Shown: positions 12,431 through 24,800, numbered from the whole stretch's first letter. The stretch is 63,503 nt of DNA, filler included, from Octopus bimaculoides (GCF_001194135.2; 4 parts of 4 records of this genome joined end to end with filler, not necessarily neighbours in it), one strand, 5' to 3'. Notes: a model not told the origin generated them from the sequence alone. Made by a program: numbers and translations.

Positions 12431-13055
12431 CTTTCACCTGTATGTGTCATTATCTTTTATTACAGGATGGTAGAGTGTGATTGAAGGCAAATTTACTGCT
12501 TGCTCTAGCGATCGTATATAGGCGCTCTTGTTTCGCTTAACCTTAGATATCTTTTTCTTCTTTAGGCACAACAACCCTAGGCATATATTTAGATGAGTTA
12601 TAACTTTAATGTTCCTTTTTACTGATATTAACGGAGTAGGTTAAATGAATTAGCTTTGACATAAAATCAAATATGAATTGCTGATTTTGGTTCGCTTAGG
12701 AATAGTTTGCCAATATGTAATGCGTGAGAAAGTGCAAAAAGGAGAGAGACAGACAGAAGGTAGAAAGAGAGTGAGAGAGAGTATGTGTGTGTGTGTGCAT
12801 GACTATGTGAATATTTATTTAATATGCGGCCACAGTGACTGCATCTGTCCATTAATTTTATACGTGGGGGAGCTGGCAGAATCATTGGCACATCAGACAA
12901 AATGCTTTGCGGCATTTTCTTGCGTCCCTTTACGTTCTCAGTTCAAATTCCGCCGTTTTCAATTCAAATTTTGAAGATTCGAAGATCAAAGGCAGATGAA
13001 AAAGACAGAGCAGTAGTTCTCAAATCCTTTTCTTTTTTTACATAGTAGCGAACTA

Positions 13056-13079
13056 TGGAGGCGCAATGGCCCAGTGGTT
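13056..13079 (+). mobile_element. 5' head of a SINE family A copy, truncated by a gap
   Basis: TGGAGGCGCAATGGCCCAGTGGTT is identical to the family A head. Confidence 0.75.
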
Positions 13080-13123
13080 NNNNNNNNNNNNNNNNNNNNN
13101 NNNNNNNNNNNNNNNNNNNNNNN

Positions 13124-13135
13124 TTAATTAATTAA
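13124..13135. other. Artificial scaffolding spacer TTAATTAATTAA (also 43766-43777 and 58395-58406)
   Basis: Identical 12-mer centred in 44+44 N runs three times; it carries stop codons in all six frames. Not biological sequence. Confidence 0.95.
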
Positions 13136-14692
13136 NNNNNNNNNNNNNNNNNNNNNNNNNNNNNNNNNNNNNNNNNNNNCCCCCCCCCCAAACACACACA
13201 CACACAAACACTCGCTCGCGCACGCATATATTCTGTGATCTTCAGATGTTAACATTTGTTCCAAATGTCTGTCGTTTTTTCCCCATACAGATGGTATGAA
13301 AAGACGCAACTAAAAGACGGACAAACAAACAAAAAGAAATAAACAAAAAATTATATGAAAAACAAATGGAAAACACTCTACAATACAATAGCAACAAGAA
13401 CACATAAACAAACCACGGCAACAACAATAACAATAAACAACAAAGAAAAAGCTACTGCAACAACAACAACAACGACAATGACACAAAGATAATAAAATGC
13501 AAAATAACAGCAACAACGACCAAACAGCTAAAGAAGCAGAAACCCTCATACAGGACGTGTAGTAAATCAGACGGCTAATTATGTGATCAAATGTAAATAT
13601 ATATAAAAAAAAAGAATTAAACAAATAAAATAACCCTACAAACAAAAATATGTATGAAACATTATATATATAAAATAAAATATTATCTTGTAGTAACAAT
13701 AGTAAGAACATCATGAATAATANNNNNNNNNNNNNNNNNNNNNNNNNNNNNNNNNNNNNNNNNNNNNNNNNNNNNNNNNNNNNNNNNNNNNNNNNNNNNN
13801 NNNNNNNNNNNNNNNNNNNNNNNNNNNNNNNNNNNNNNNNNNNNNNNNNNNNNNNNNNNNNNNNNNNNNNNNNNNNNNNNNNNNNNNNNNNNNNNNNNNN
13901 NNNNNNNNNNNNNNNNNNNNNNNNNNNNNNNNNNNNNNNNNNNNNNNNNNNNNNNNNNNNNNNNNNNNNNNNNNNNNNNNNNNNNNNNNNNNNNNNNNNN
14001 NNNNNNNNNNNNNNNNNNNNNNNNNNNNNNNNNNNNNNNNNNNNNNNNNNNNNNNNNNNNNNNNNNNNNNNNNNNNNNNNNNNNNNNNNNNNNNNNNNNN
14101 NNNNNNNNNNNNNNNNNNNNNNNNNNNNNNNNNNNNNNNNNNNNNNNNNNNNNNNNNNNNNNNNNNNNNNNNNNNNNNNNNNNNNNNNNNNNNNNNNNNN
14201 NNNNNNNNNNNNNNNNNNNNNNNNNNNNNNNNNNNNNNNNNNNNNNNNNNNNNNNNNNNNNNNNNNNNNNNNNNNNNNNNNNNNNNNNNNNNNNNNNNNN
14301 NNNNNNNNNNNNNNNNNNNNNNNNNNNNNNNNNNNNNNNNNNNNNNNNNNNNNNNNNNNNNNNNNNNNNNNNNNNNNNNNNNNNNNNNNNNNNNNNNNNN
14401 NNNNNNNNNNNNNNNNNNNNNNNNNNNNNNNNNNNNNNNNNNNNNNNNNNNNNNNNNNNNNNNNNNNNNNNNNNNNNNNNNNNNNNNNNNNNNNNNNNNN
14501 NNNNNNNNNNNNNNNNNNNNNNNNNNNNNNNNNNNNNNNNNNNNNNNNNNNNNNNNNNNNNNNNNNNNNNNNNNNNNNNNNNNNNNNNNNNNNNNNNNNN
14601 NNNNNNNNNNNNNNNNNNNNNNNNNNNNNNNNNNNNNNNNNNNNNNNNNNNNNNNNNNNNNNNNNNNNNNNNNNNNNNNNNNNNNNNNNNNN

Positions 14693-14961
14693 GAGAAGAA
14701 AAGAAGAAGAAGAAGAAGAAGAAGAAGAAGAAGAAGAAGGAGGAAGAGAAGAAGAAGAAGAAGAAGAAGAAGAAGAAGAAGAAGAAGGAGGAAGAGAAGA
14801 AGAAGAAGAAGAAGAAGAAGAAGAAAAAGAAGAAAAAGAAGAAGAAGAAGGAGGAGGAGAAGAAGAAGAAGGAGGAAGAGAAGAAGAAGAAGAAGAAGAA
14901 GAAGAAGAAAAAGAAGAAGAAGAAAAAGAAGAAGAAGAAGAAGAAGAAGAAGAAGAAGAAA
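14693..14961 (+). repeat. (GAA)n purine tract with periodic GGAGGAAGA interruptions
   Basis: Direct reading; source of the poly-E and poly-F pseudo-ORFs. Confidence 0.95.
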
Positions 14962-15211
14962 ATTATTTTGAAAAAGAAGTTAAACAAGCATTATAGAGAC
15001 AAGACACGCAAATAGTTCTTTTAGTCTATTTTATTAGTCACCGGCGCTAAGTCCATGCTGGAGCACTGCGAGTTGATGGTAAACCGTTCTATTAATGTTT
15101 GTGATGTATCATAGTATGTTTGTATGTGTAAGTGTGCATGCGTGTATGCGCATATATAAGTGTGAGTGTGTATACATATGTATGCACATACACATGCGCG
15201 TGTTTGCGCGC

Positions 15212-16516
15212 GGTCGAGGACTTCTACAGCTGGCATTATCAATGAAGGTAGCCACAATTGGCCTAGACACCTATCTGAAAAACTCTGAGGACTGGATGCT
15301 AAAACTTGTCTTAAAACATGAAAGCAAGAAAGCATCTTACTCAGTAACAAAACAGGCAAAGGAATATCTAAGTGAATTCCAATTGCAACAAATTCAAGAA
15401 TTAGACGAACTAGAAACACCTGCAGAAAAAGCTAAGCGCTTGAAAACCCGTACTAAAATTGCTGCCTTAGATATTATGACTGAAAAATGGCATGGAAAAC
15501 CTCTCAATGGCAAATACCCAAAGAGAGCGAATAATGCAGATATTNNNNNNNNNNNNNNNNNNNNNNNNNNNNNNNNNNNNNNNNNNNNNNNNNNNNNNNN
15601 NNNNNNNNNNNNNNNNNNNNNNNNNNNNNNNNNNNNNNNNNNNNNNNNNNNNNNNNNNNNNNNNNNNNNNNNNNNNNNNNNNNNNNNNNNNNNNNNNNNN
15701 NNNNNNNNNNNNNNNNNNNNNNNNNNNNNNNNNNNNNNNNNNNNNNNNNNNNNNNNNNNNNNNNNNNNNNNNNNNNNNNNNNNNNNNNNNNNNNNNNNNN
15801 NNNNNNNNNNNNNNNNNNNNNNNNNNNNNNNNNNNNNNNNNNNNNNNNNNNNNNNNNNNNNNNNNNNNNNNNNNNNNNNNNNNNNNNNNNNNNNNNNNNN
15901 NNNNNNNNNNNNNNNNNNNNNNNNNNNNNNNNNNNNNNNNNNNNNNNNNNNNNNNNNNNNNNNNNNNNNNNNNNNNNNNNNNNNNNNNNNNNNNNNNNNN
16001 NNNNNNNNNNNNNNNNNNNNNNNNNNNNNNNNNNNNNNNNNNNNNNNNNNNNNNNNNNNNNNNNNNNNNNNNNNNNNNNNNNNNNNNNNNNNNNNNNNNN
16101 NNNNNNNNNNNNNNNNNNNNNNNNNNNNNNNNNNNNNNNNNNNNNNNNNNNNNNNNNNNNNNNNNNNNNNNNNNNNNNNNNNNNNNNNNNNNNNNNNNNN
16201 NNNNNNNNNNNNNNNNNNNNNNNNNNNNNNNNNNNNNNNNNNNNNNNNNNNNNNNNNNNNNNNNNNNNNNNNNNNNNNNNNNNNNNNNNNNNNNNNNNNN
16301 NNNNNNNNNNNNNNNNNNNNNNNNNNNNNNNNNNNNNNNNNNNNNNNNNNNNNNNNNNNNNNNNNNNNNNNNNNNNNNNNNATTCACTTGAACAAAACTG
16401 TACAAATCCAAATATATGGTACCCTAGGCATAACACCTACATGAACTTCTAACTTGTTGTCTCTTGGTGAGACTTGGATCCAACTTGTACAAATGCAAAA
16501 CAAAAGTCAAACATAA

Positions 16517-16578
<62 letters not shown>

Positions 16579-16925
16579 GAGAAATTAAGGCCAAAATGTT
16601 TCTCTAAAAGAAACGGAAAAGCTTTCAAAATACAAAGACCTGGAAATAGAGGGGACTCGAATCTAGAGTCTAAAAACAGAAACAATCCCTATCATTCAGA
16701 CAAATACATAATAAAAACACTAGGACTCACAAGTGTCTATAACATACAGAAAATAGCACTACGAGACCCTGCACATATCCTACGTAAAACAACTTACAAT
16801 ACAGTAAAAGTAAGAGCAGCAACAACAAGCACAGTACACCCAAGGCACACAGAACTGTGCTCAGTTATGCAGTGAAAGCACATGATAAAAAATATAACTA
16901 CTGAATAATAATAATAATGATGATA
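15212..16925 (+). mobile_element. 5'-truncated, decayed R4/Dong-like non-LTR retrotransposon (post-RT region, REL endonuclease, 3' UTR, (TAA)n tail)
   Basis: RGRGLLQL...TIGLDTYL...W..KLVLKHE...WHGKPLNGKYP (15212-15544). After a gap and an internal (TAA)n run: SLKETEKLSKYKDLEIEGTRI*SLKTETIPII and YNIQKIALRDPAHILRKT (K..KY.DL motif of restriction-like endonucleases). Followed by a 3' UTR ending in TAA repeats. Confidence 0.85.
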
Positions 16926-16960
16926 ATAATAACAACAACAAAAACAACAACAACAACAAC

Positions 16961-17004
<44 letters not shown>

Positions 17005-17139
17005 GTACCATGCTGTGGGATCGAATCTGGAACCAAGTGCTCTGCAAGCAAACGTCTTGCTATACACCCACGCCAAAATGAGTCCGACGGAGGCTAGCAA
17101 GATCGAAACTTCGAGGTCACTATCAACGCTCTTGTTGTT

Positions 17140-17202
17140 GTTATTATCATTATTATTATTCAGTAGTTATATTTTTTATCATGTGCTTTCACTGCATAAA
17201 CG
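17140..17202 (-). mobile_element. Inverted second copy of the same R4/Dong-like 3' end
   Basis: Reverse complement TTATGCAGTGAAAGCACATGATAAAAAATATAACTACTGAATAATAATAAT matches 16866-16915; continues into the gap at 17203. Confidence 0.85.
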
Positions 17203-18025
17203 NNNNNNNNNNNNNNNNNNNNNNNNNNNNNNNNNNNNNNNNNNNNNNNNNNNNNNNNNNNNNNNNNNNNNNNNNNNNNNNNNNNNNNNNNNNNNNNNNN
17301 NNNNNNNNNNNNNNNNNNNNNNNNNNNNNNNNNNNNNNNNNNNNNNNNNNNNNNNNNNNNNNNNNNNNNNNNNNNNNNNNNNNNNNNNNNNNNNNNNNNN
17401 NNNNNNNNNNNNNNNNNNNNNNNNNNNNNNNNNNNNNNNNNNNNNNNNNNNNNNNNNNNNNNNNNNNNNNNNNNNNNNNNNNNNNNNNNNNNNNNNNNNN
17501 NNNNNNNNNNNNNNNNNNNNNNNNNNNNNNNNNNNNNNNNNNNNNNNNNNNNNNNNNNNNNNNNNNNNNNNNNNNNNNNNNNNNNNNNNNNNNNNNNNNN
17601 NNNNNNNNNNNNNNNNNNNNNNNNNNNNNNNNNNNNNNNNNNNNNNNNNNNNNNNNNNNNNNNNNNNNNNNNNNNNNNNNNNNNNNNNNNNNNNNNNNNN
17701 NNNNNNNNNNNNNNNNNNNNNNNNNNNNNNNNNNNNNNNNNNNNNNNNNNNNNNNNNNNNNNNNNNNNNNNNNNNNNNNNNNNNNNNNNNNNNNNNNNNN
17801 NNNNNNNNNNNNNNNNNNNNNNNNNNNNNNNNNNNNNNNNNNNNNNNNNNNNNNNNNNNNNNNNNNNNNNNNNNNNNNNNNNNNNNNNNNNNNNNNNNNN
17901 NNNNNNNNNNNNNNNNNNNNNNNNNNNNNNNNNNNNNNNNNNNNNNNNNNNNNNNNNNNNNNNNNNNNNNNNNNNNNNNNNNNNNNNNNNNNNNNNNNNN
18001 NNNNNNNNNNNNNNNNNNNNNNNNN

Positions 18026-18064
<39 letters not shown>

Positions 18065-18594
18065 CACACACACACACATATATTATACAAATGCATTTAT
18101 GAACCACACTGGAACCATTATTTGAATGAATAACAAACGACTTCGAAAGCATTTTTCACAACATGCTAACAAAGCACAAACAAAAAAAGTAAATAAATAA
18201 ATAAAGCGAAATATGAAGCAATAAATAAAACAATAAGACTATTTTTAGTTCCCTACCGCCATTTTTTACATGTGGAAAGGGAGTATTTACCTTTCGTGGT
18301 TCTTTCTTTTTTACATATTTGTATTCTTGAGAAGGTTGAACAAAACAAAATAGGGGTAATAAAATGATATGTAGGGGGTAAAATACAATGGTTTTTTCAA
18401 CAGCGGAGCCGCAATACAAATGGGTATTGAGCAGAGATGAAGGTTGGCATGAATGAGATAGGACGAAATATGGTTGAGACAAATTGCTTTTAGAAGAGAT
18501 TTCCATTTCTCGTGTAAACCGCTTTCATTCTCTTTATGTAACTCTTTCTTTTTCATTTTCATTCATTCATATATTCTGTCTGTCCCTCAGTAAC

Positions 18595-19440
18595 GTCCAT
18601 TCATCTTCCGCTCTCTCTCTCTCTTTCTCTCTCTTTCTCTCCCTCCCTCCCTCTCCCTGTCTATCTATCTGTCTCTCTGTGTCTCTCTATGTCTCTTCCT
18701 CTCTCTTTCTCTCTCTTTCCGTCTCTCTATGTATCTTATCACTCTCTCAAGCACGCATATCCTAGTTTTTCTTTTTCCCTCTCTGTCACAAATCACTTTG
18801 TCATCGACTCTCTCTCTCTCTCTCTCTACCTCACTCTCACTCCCTCTCTCTCTCACTCTGTCTCTCTCACTCTCTCATACCTTCTCTCTCTCACTCCCTC
18901 TCTCACACACCTTCTCTTTCTCATACACCCTCTCTCTCTCACACACCCTCTCTCTCACACACTCTCTCTCACACACACCCTTTCTCTCACACTTTCTTTA
19001 TCTCTCACTCTCACTCTCTCACACCTTCTCTCTCACACACCCTCACTCACACACACACTCTCTCTCTCTCTCTCTTACACTGTCTCTCACACACTCCCTC
19101 TCTCTCACACGCACACACACTTCTTTCTAAGTCTTACTCTCACCACTGCTTTCTTCTTTCTGTATCTCTTTCTCCCCCCTCACTCTTTCTCTTTCTTACT
19201 ATTACTCTCCTTTACTTAAACTCTCCCAATCGCATACATTTACTTTCTTGCATGCTTTCTCGTTGATTTGAATCTCTCATTCCTTCACTTCCGCTCTCTC
19301 TCCCACTTTCTCTCGCCCCCTATGACTACCGTGTGCCTCTCTTAATGTCATCCTCTCTCCTCCCATTCTTTCTCTCCCTCTCCTTTTCTCACTCTCACTT
19401 TCTCTTTTTTTTCTCTCTCTCTCACTCTCACTTTCTACCT
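18595..19440. repeat. ~840-bp CT-rich polypyrimidine low-complexity tract with interspersed CA
   Basis: Direct reading; source of the SLSL/HTHT pseudo-ORFs. Confidence 0.95.
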
Positions 19441-19517
19441 GAACACACTAACATCAGAGATTCACCTTGTCCTTGGCGTGTCCTTCGTGTTCGCCGTCGT
19501 CGTCACTTGTGTGGTTG

Positions 19518-19882
19518 TTACCTCCAACTTAGCGAAGGCAGAGGTATTGTTCTCCAGTCATGTTTGTTCGTGGACAAGATATAGCAAGAATCACAGGATG
19601 GATTCTGATGAAATTTTCAGGAATATTTACCCACGTGTCTAGCCCAAACTGATTAGATTTTGGGATCGTTCCCGTACTGGACAATGATTCTGGATTATTT
19701 TTCCTGTTTTTTTTTTTTAACTTAATTTTTGAGAGCGGTCGGGTTCATTTTTAGTATTCTCGTTTGTGAGAGCAGTCGAGTTTATTTCAGATATTCTCAT
19801 TTTAAAAATCATCTCTGGCTAATCCTTGAGAGGACTTTGGTTTTGCTTTGGCTGAGGTTTACGTTCCCTGAGTGCTCTTGTT
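19518..19882 (+). mobile_element. Probable Helentron-associated non-autonomous element (HINE/DINE-1-like)
   Basis: Starts TTACCTCC..AAGGCAGAGGT (short 5' inverted repeat), ends TTGGCTGAGGT..CCCTGAGTGCTCTTGTT (subterminal repeat plus degenerate 3' hairpin), in T-rich flanks. Pattern recognition only. Confidence 0.5.
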
Positions 19883-20490
19883 ATTGTTTTTTTTATTCTT
19901 GTTAACCAGCTAAGGTGGAGAGAACTTTAACCAAATATGTTTTAATCTGACATACACGCTCTTTTTATATTCATTTCAAGCCTAGTGTATCGAGGAATAC
20001 ATTGCTGTTAAATTTCTCCTACTTCTTTTAAGACGTTAATGTATCATTTGCAGAAAAGTTGGTTGGTTTTTCTAGCAGATCAAACCACCAACAGCACTCT
20101 TCCCGATATTCTTCTTTAATTGTAGGTAAGCTCGGATCTTTCAGATATATCATCAAAAGTATTACAGCTATGACCAACCTAGTTTCTTTTCTTTTTTTTA
20201 ATCCGGACCGTTGTATATCCAGTACCACATTAACCAAAGTGTTCTCTCTTTGTCAAGAAGTTAAGAAGGTAAAGAATGATTTCAAAGAGATTTCATCGTT
20301 ATCCCTAGCGGTTACACTAACAGTTTCCTAGCTTGCTTGCTAACGTCTTGTATTTTCTATAGGCAGATAACAGATATTTCTTCTAACTAGTTGTCTCAGA
20401 AGCAGAAAACAAAATACAAAAATATGACGTGGGTGGGGTAGAGGGCTGTGTATTATTATTCTTTAGCAAGAATAGCGACGGCAGTAACTT

Positions 20491-20558
20491 CGAAGTTTCT
20501 GCCAGCTTAGCTTTCATCGGACTGTCTGACGAAGGCTAAAAATAACACGAAACTTTGG
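20491..20558. ncRNA. Inverted pair of hammerhead-ribozyme-like cores (probable Penelope-derived remnant)
   Basis: Plus strand CTGACGA-AGGCTAAAAATAACAC-GAAAC (20526-53); minus strand CCGATGA-AAGCTAAGCTGGCA-GAAAC (20520-20495), head-to-head around ACTGT. Confidence 0.45.
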
Positions 20559-20704
20559 CGTAACAGTTAGCACTACCTTTGTTAAAGAATAATAAATATT
20601 TAGTCTATTAAAAATATTGAATAATCCTTCAGTTTAAAGTAAAATGTTTATATATANNNNNNNNNNNNNNNNNNNNNNNNNNNNNNNNNNNNNNNNNNNN
20701 NNNN

Positions 20705-20735
<31 letters not shown>

Positions 20736-21952
20736 GCATTTACATTTCAGGGTTTCCGGAATTGGTCTTCTAAAGGTATTTGAAGATCAATTGGTTGTAT
20801 TAAAACGGGTGGCCATTTTAGTCTACCATCCGATAATACAAAACTCAAAGAGCTGGAACAAATGTCACCAGACATCGTATCCAGCTGTCTGTTAGATTCC
20901 TTCTGGACTGGGGCTTTATTTAATCGACTGCCAAAAATGCGAAAGCCAAGGTCAGCCAAGGTAGGATTTTAACTAAATGCGTAGAGTGTTGAAACAAATA
21001 CTGGAAGATAATTTGTCCAAATGTCTCTAACGACTTTGCCCATTCGCTTCACCTTACGCATTTGATCCTGGATAAATGTGCGATTGGGAAAATGCGTATA
21101 TAAATATGAGCAAATATCAAGGTTTATGATTAAAGACAATTTTATGTTCTGAATTCAAATCCTGCTGAAATTGACTCTGTTTTTCATTCTTTTGGGCTTG
21201 AGGAAAAAGCACCAAAACAAAGGCGGGATGTCTTGTAGTATCTACTGTGGTCTGTTTATTCTGACAGCAATGCCTGCCACAAGACTGATACCAAGTTATA
21301 ACGGTCGTATGGCAGCAGCCTTTCTCTTCGGCAACACCGATGGCAACATGCTTATATGATCAGCTACCGGTCTTCATTAAAAAGCGTTACCCAGGGTGAT
21401 ACACGGTCAAAAGTAATCGATGGAAGCCACATTATATTTACATATTTGTATGCACCTAGGAATGGATCAAGTAAACAATTCGTTACAACTTTTACTTCGA
21501 CATCTCTACAAACTAGATCTTTTATAGACCAAGTCATTTTGAGCGTACAGCCTAAAATAGCATTCGAATCCCGCTTACATTTACCGCAGGGTTCTTTAAA
21601 GTTATACTGGATGACGTAGTCTGGGATAAACTATATACGAAACGATAGAATAATCTTAACTAGATTGTATTTGGTCATAGGTCTTCTCCGTTAAAGGCAC
21701 GACAATGAACAGCTAAATTCATATACTACTTCTATCAAAAATTGCACCAGCCATTTCACGTTAGCACTCAGAATTTTAATATGAGGGAGAAACTACATTT
21801 TCATAACATTAATATCAAAGATTTCCCCACAAAGAAATTGGTCTCGAACCACTTTCAGTGTTTCTAATATCAGCAGACAAATATCAACTGACAACTAAAA
21901 TCAACAAAGTTGTTTTAACACATTATATAAGATTCAGATTAGAGACAAGTGT

Positions 21953-22262
21953 ATGTTGTTGTTTGTTCCTTCTCGAGTAATACCTAGCGCATAAAAGCCG
22001 GTTCCACGGTTTCATTGGCGTATAGGTTCCCCACCTAGACGGGACGCCGGTCCGTACCAGGTGAGTTATCAGATGCAGGAGGAAAGAGTTAGAGAAAGTT
22101 TTGGCGAAAGAGTCAGTAGAAGTTCGCCATTACCTTCTGCCGGAGCCGCGTGGAGTTTAGGTGTTTCACTCATAAACACACATATCGCTCGGTCTGAGAT
22201 TCGAACCCACGATCCCTCGACCGCGAGTCCGCTGCTCTAGCCACTAGGCCATATGCCTCCAC
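21953..22262 (-). mobile_element. SINE family A' (family A head and 5' body, different 3' half)
   Basis: Minus strand GTGGAGGCATATGGCCTAGTGGCTAGAGCAGCGGACTCGCGGTCG...GGTTCGAATCTC...CACCTAAACTCCACGCGGCTCCGGCAG, then diverges to CCCGTCTAGGTGGGGAACC...GAAACCGTGGAACCGGC and a (CAA)n tail. 11-bp TSD GAGACAAGTGT (21942-52) / GAGACTAGTGT (22263-73). Confidence 0.85.
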
Positions 22263-23447
22263 GAGACTAGTGTTAATTATTTCTAATTTGTTTAATGAAT
22301 GTTTCAAAATTAGGCCGCATGGCTAATATGTAAAGCCCTGAAGTATGAAATCAAGATCCAAATAAAAGGCTATATAGGTGTTTGTTTTTAACTTTCTATT
22401 CATACACACGTACACAATCATATACATATATACATTTCACTCGCAAACAGGTCATTCCCGTGGAAAAACAAGTGAATGACCTCCCGACGATCTTTACACC
22501 TCAGAATGCAAACGAACTCTTCAGAAATAAACTCCACATGGAGTTCCAGTTACGTTCAAAGACATTCCTTTGATTAAATGAGGTGGATCAGTGAATAGAG
22601 AATAGAATAAGACAAGGAGATGAGGCGGAATGAAAATGAAAAGAATGAGAAGTTTAAAAGAGAGAAAATCAAAGAAAAAGAAGTAGAGTTAAAACGACAG
22701 AAATTTTCATAGTTATATAAAGAAAAAGTAAATAAATAGAAAGAAACTGAAGTGTTTGTAATAAATCTAACGACGAAACAACTTGAAATTCTTCATATCT
22801 TCTGTCGCCTTCAGTCGCCATTTTTCATTTTTGTATTCGAAAAGAAAAGGGGATAAAAGAGGAAATAATTTGTTTTGGAAATTAAATCTGCCAGGAAACG
22901 CCTTGATAGGGGTACTGTCGGCTGTAGAATAGAAACACTTACAGCCAGTAAAGATCAGTTTCCTTGTTGAATTGTTACCGCTAAATGTTTAACACCGCTT
23001 CGCAGTGACTTTCCCACTTTCCGTCATTGTTCGAATCCATTTTTTTTTTTTTTAGTTTTCATTTTTCTTCTGTCAGAGTATTTTCTTCCTTTTTTTTCCT
23101 GTTCGTCTGTTAATAATTTATTCTCTTCTCTNNNNNNNNNNGGCCATCATTTTTTTACACAGGGCGAAATATGGGCATCCTCACTGACCGCCGGTCAATA
23201 AGATTACTGGCTCCGAGTACAACAATTGTAATTATACGTTAAAAAATGCTATTCGGTACTATTCGCTGAATCTTTATATCATGTCACTTTCTCTCTTCCT
23301 CACTCAGACTCTGGTCATATTTCTTTTCACCTATAACCAACAACACCATCCTTAGACAGCCAAGTACTTCCTCGTAAATTCAGCCGCCCCTTTCTTGTCT
23401 TTCTTCTTTTCTTTCACTCAATCGATCTTATTTATCTTTTTATTTCT

Positions 23448-23493
<46 letters not shown>

Positions 23494-24163
23494 TTTTTTG
23501 TTTGTTGTGCTCTTTACTATTCTTCAATTTTGTTAACGATACTATCTGTTAAAGGTACTAAATGTTAACAATATTCTCTAATACTTAACCTTTTCCTCTC
23601 CACTTAGCATAACCCCAATGTTTTATTATATACATATATATGTGTGTGTATGTGTGTGTATGTATACACATATATATATATACATACATATTTTTCTCGT
23701 TTTTATAATTTTTTTCTATTTCCCTATCAATCTATCAATCACTACATTTTTCTTCGTATTCAACTTCTGCCTGTGCGTATTTATCACCGTGTAATTTGCA
23801 CCTTTCTTTCACCTTTTCCTACCACCAACAACAACAACACCACCACAGATATCACTACTACAACTAATACTACCAGCCGATTAGGCCGTTGTGTTGTCTT
23901 CACAACAGAACAAAGTGTATTTGCCAAGGGATTCTCTAAGTGATATGTACTTAGAGGATTTTTACAAGACATAAGCTGACGAATTGCCTTCTAGCACAAA
24001 AATATAAAAGATATATAAATCGTTCTGTTTCAAACCTTTTTGGTATTATGATTTTATATGTATTTTTTCTGACGTTTTTCTTTTCCTTGAATCTGAATAT
24101 TTGCACTTTTCAACCTCATTCATTTTCTCATTCATTCATTCATGTTCACTCCATCAATTAGTT

Positions 24164-24194
<31 letters not shown>

Positions 24195-24269
24195 TACACA
24201 CCGTAACTTGAATCTGTTGACTGATTCTCTACTTAACTGTAGACTGTTTTGTGTGTGTGTGTGTGTATA

Positions 24270-24400
24270 CTATACAAATCCACTCACGAGATTTTGGTCG
24301 GCCCTGGAAGACACATACCCACGGTGCCACGCAGTGTGACTGAACCCAGGACCATGTGGTTGTGAAACAAGCTTCTCACCCCACAGCCACCCTTGCGCCT
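24270..24400 (-). mobile_element. SINE family C, 5' fragment
   Basis: aaatccactcacgagattttggtcgg...gtgccacgcagtgtgactgaaccc...caagcttctcacc: reverse complement of the family C head. Confidence 0.8.
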
Positions 24401-24550
24401 ATATTTTGTTATTAGTTTCAGCTCAAGTGCTGTAGCCATGCTGTATCCCCATCAACTGGTTTTGCAACACCTTCATTGATGCACCCTCAATTGTTGGCAT
24501 TTGGTAAGTGAAGGAGGTTGATACAGCTGCTACTGCTGCTGCATTCCCAC

Positions 24551-24800
24551 TTACTGCCGTGAAGGTCGCTCTTCTGGTGCTCTTAATAGTAGGTGATTCA
24601 GTTTAATTTTAAAGACATCTACATCCCTACCATGCAGGTCTCTTGAAGATCTGTGGACCCTTGAATCCCAAGGTATTGCAGTACCTAGTCGTGTATTTGT
24701 CGGCGCTGATGGTGGTAGCGCGGATAAAGATTCTACGGAACCAGTTGAGAGATTTGAGTCTTTGTATCTCGTTATTTTCGCTGTTTGTGTCCTTTCCTTT
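24551..24800 (-). mobile_element. 3' fragment of a CR1/L2-superclade LINE ORF2
   Basis: With one frameshift: TTRYCNTLGFKGPQIFK / RDLHGRDVDVFKIKLNHLLLRAPEERPSRQ, resembling the G(P)..FN.LP...R......VDVFK..LD..L..VPD.P C-terminal motif of these LINEs. Confidence 0.7.

Noticed and set aside
13124-13135. TTAATTAATTAA islands inside gaps (three occurrences)
   Set aside because: Assembly spacer, not genomic sequence.
13683-14996. Long ORFs in the track with X runs or poly-F/E/N/L, YIYI, CVCV, SLSL, HTHT (here and throughout)
   Set aside because: Products of N-gaps and microsatellites that lack stops; no coding signal.
22449-22482. AGGTCATTC...GAATGACCT inverted nuclear-receptor half-sites
   Set aside because: 22-nt spacing is not a standard response-element geometry; a 9-bp inverted repeat is expected by chance in 63 kb.
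23900-23943. VFAKGFSK* resembling T-box NPFAKGFRD
   Set aside because: Opposite strand to the T-box exon, immediate stop, no ITxLKI upstream.
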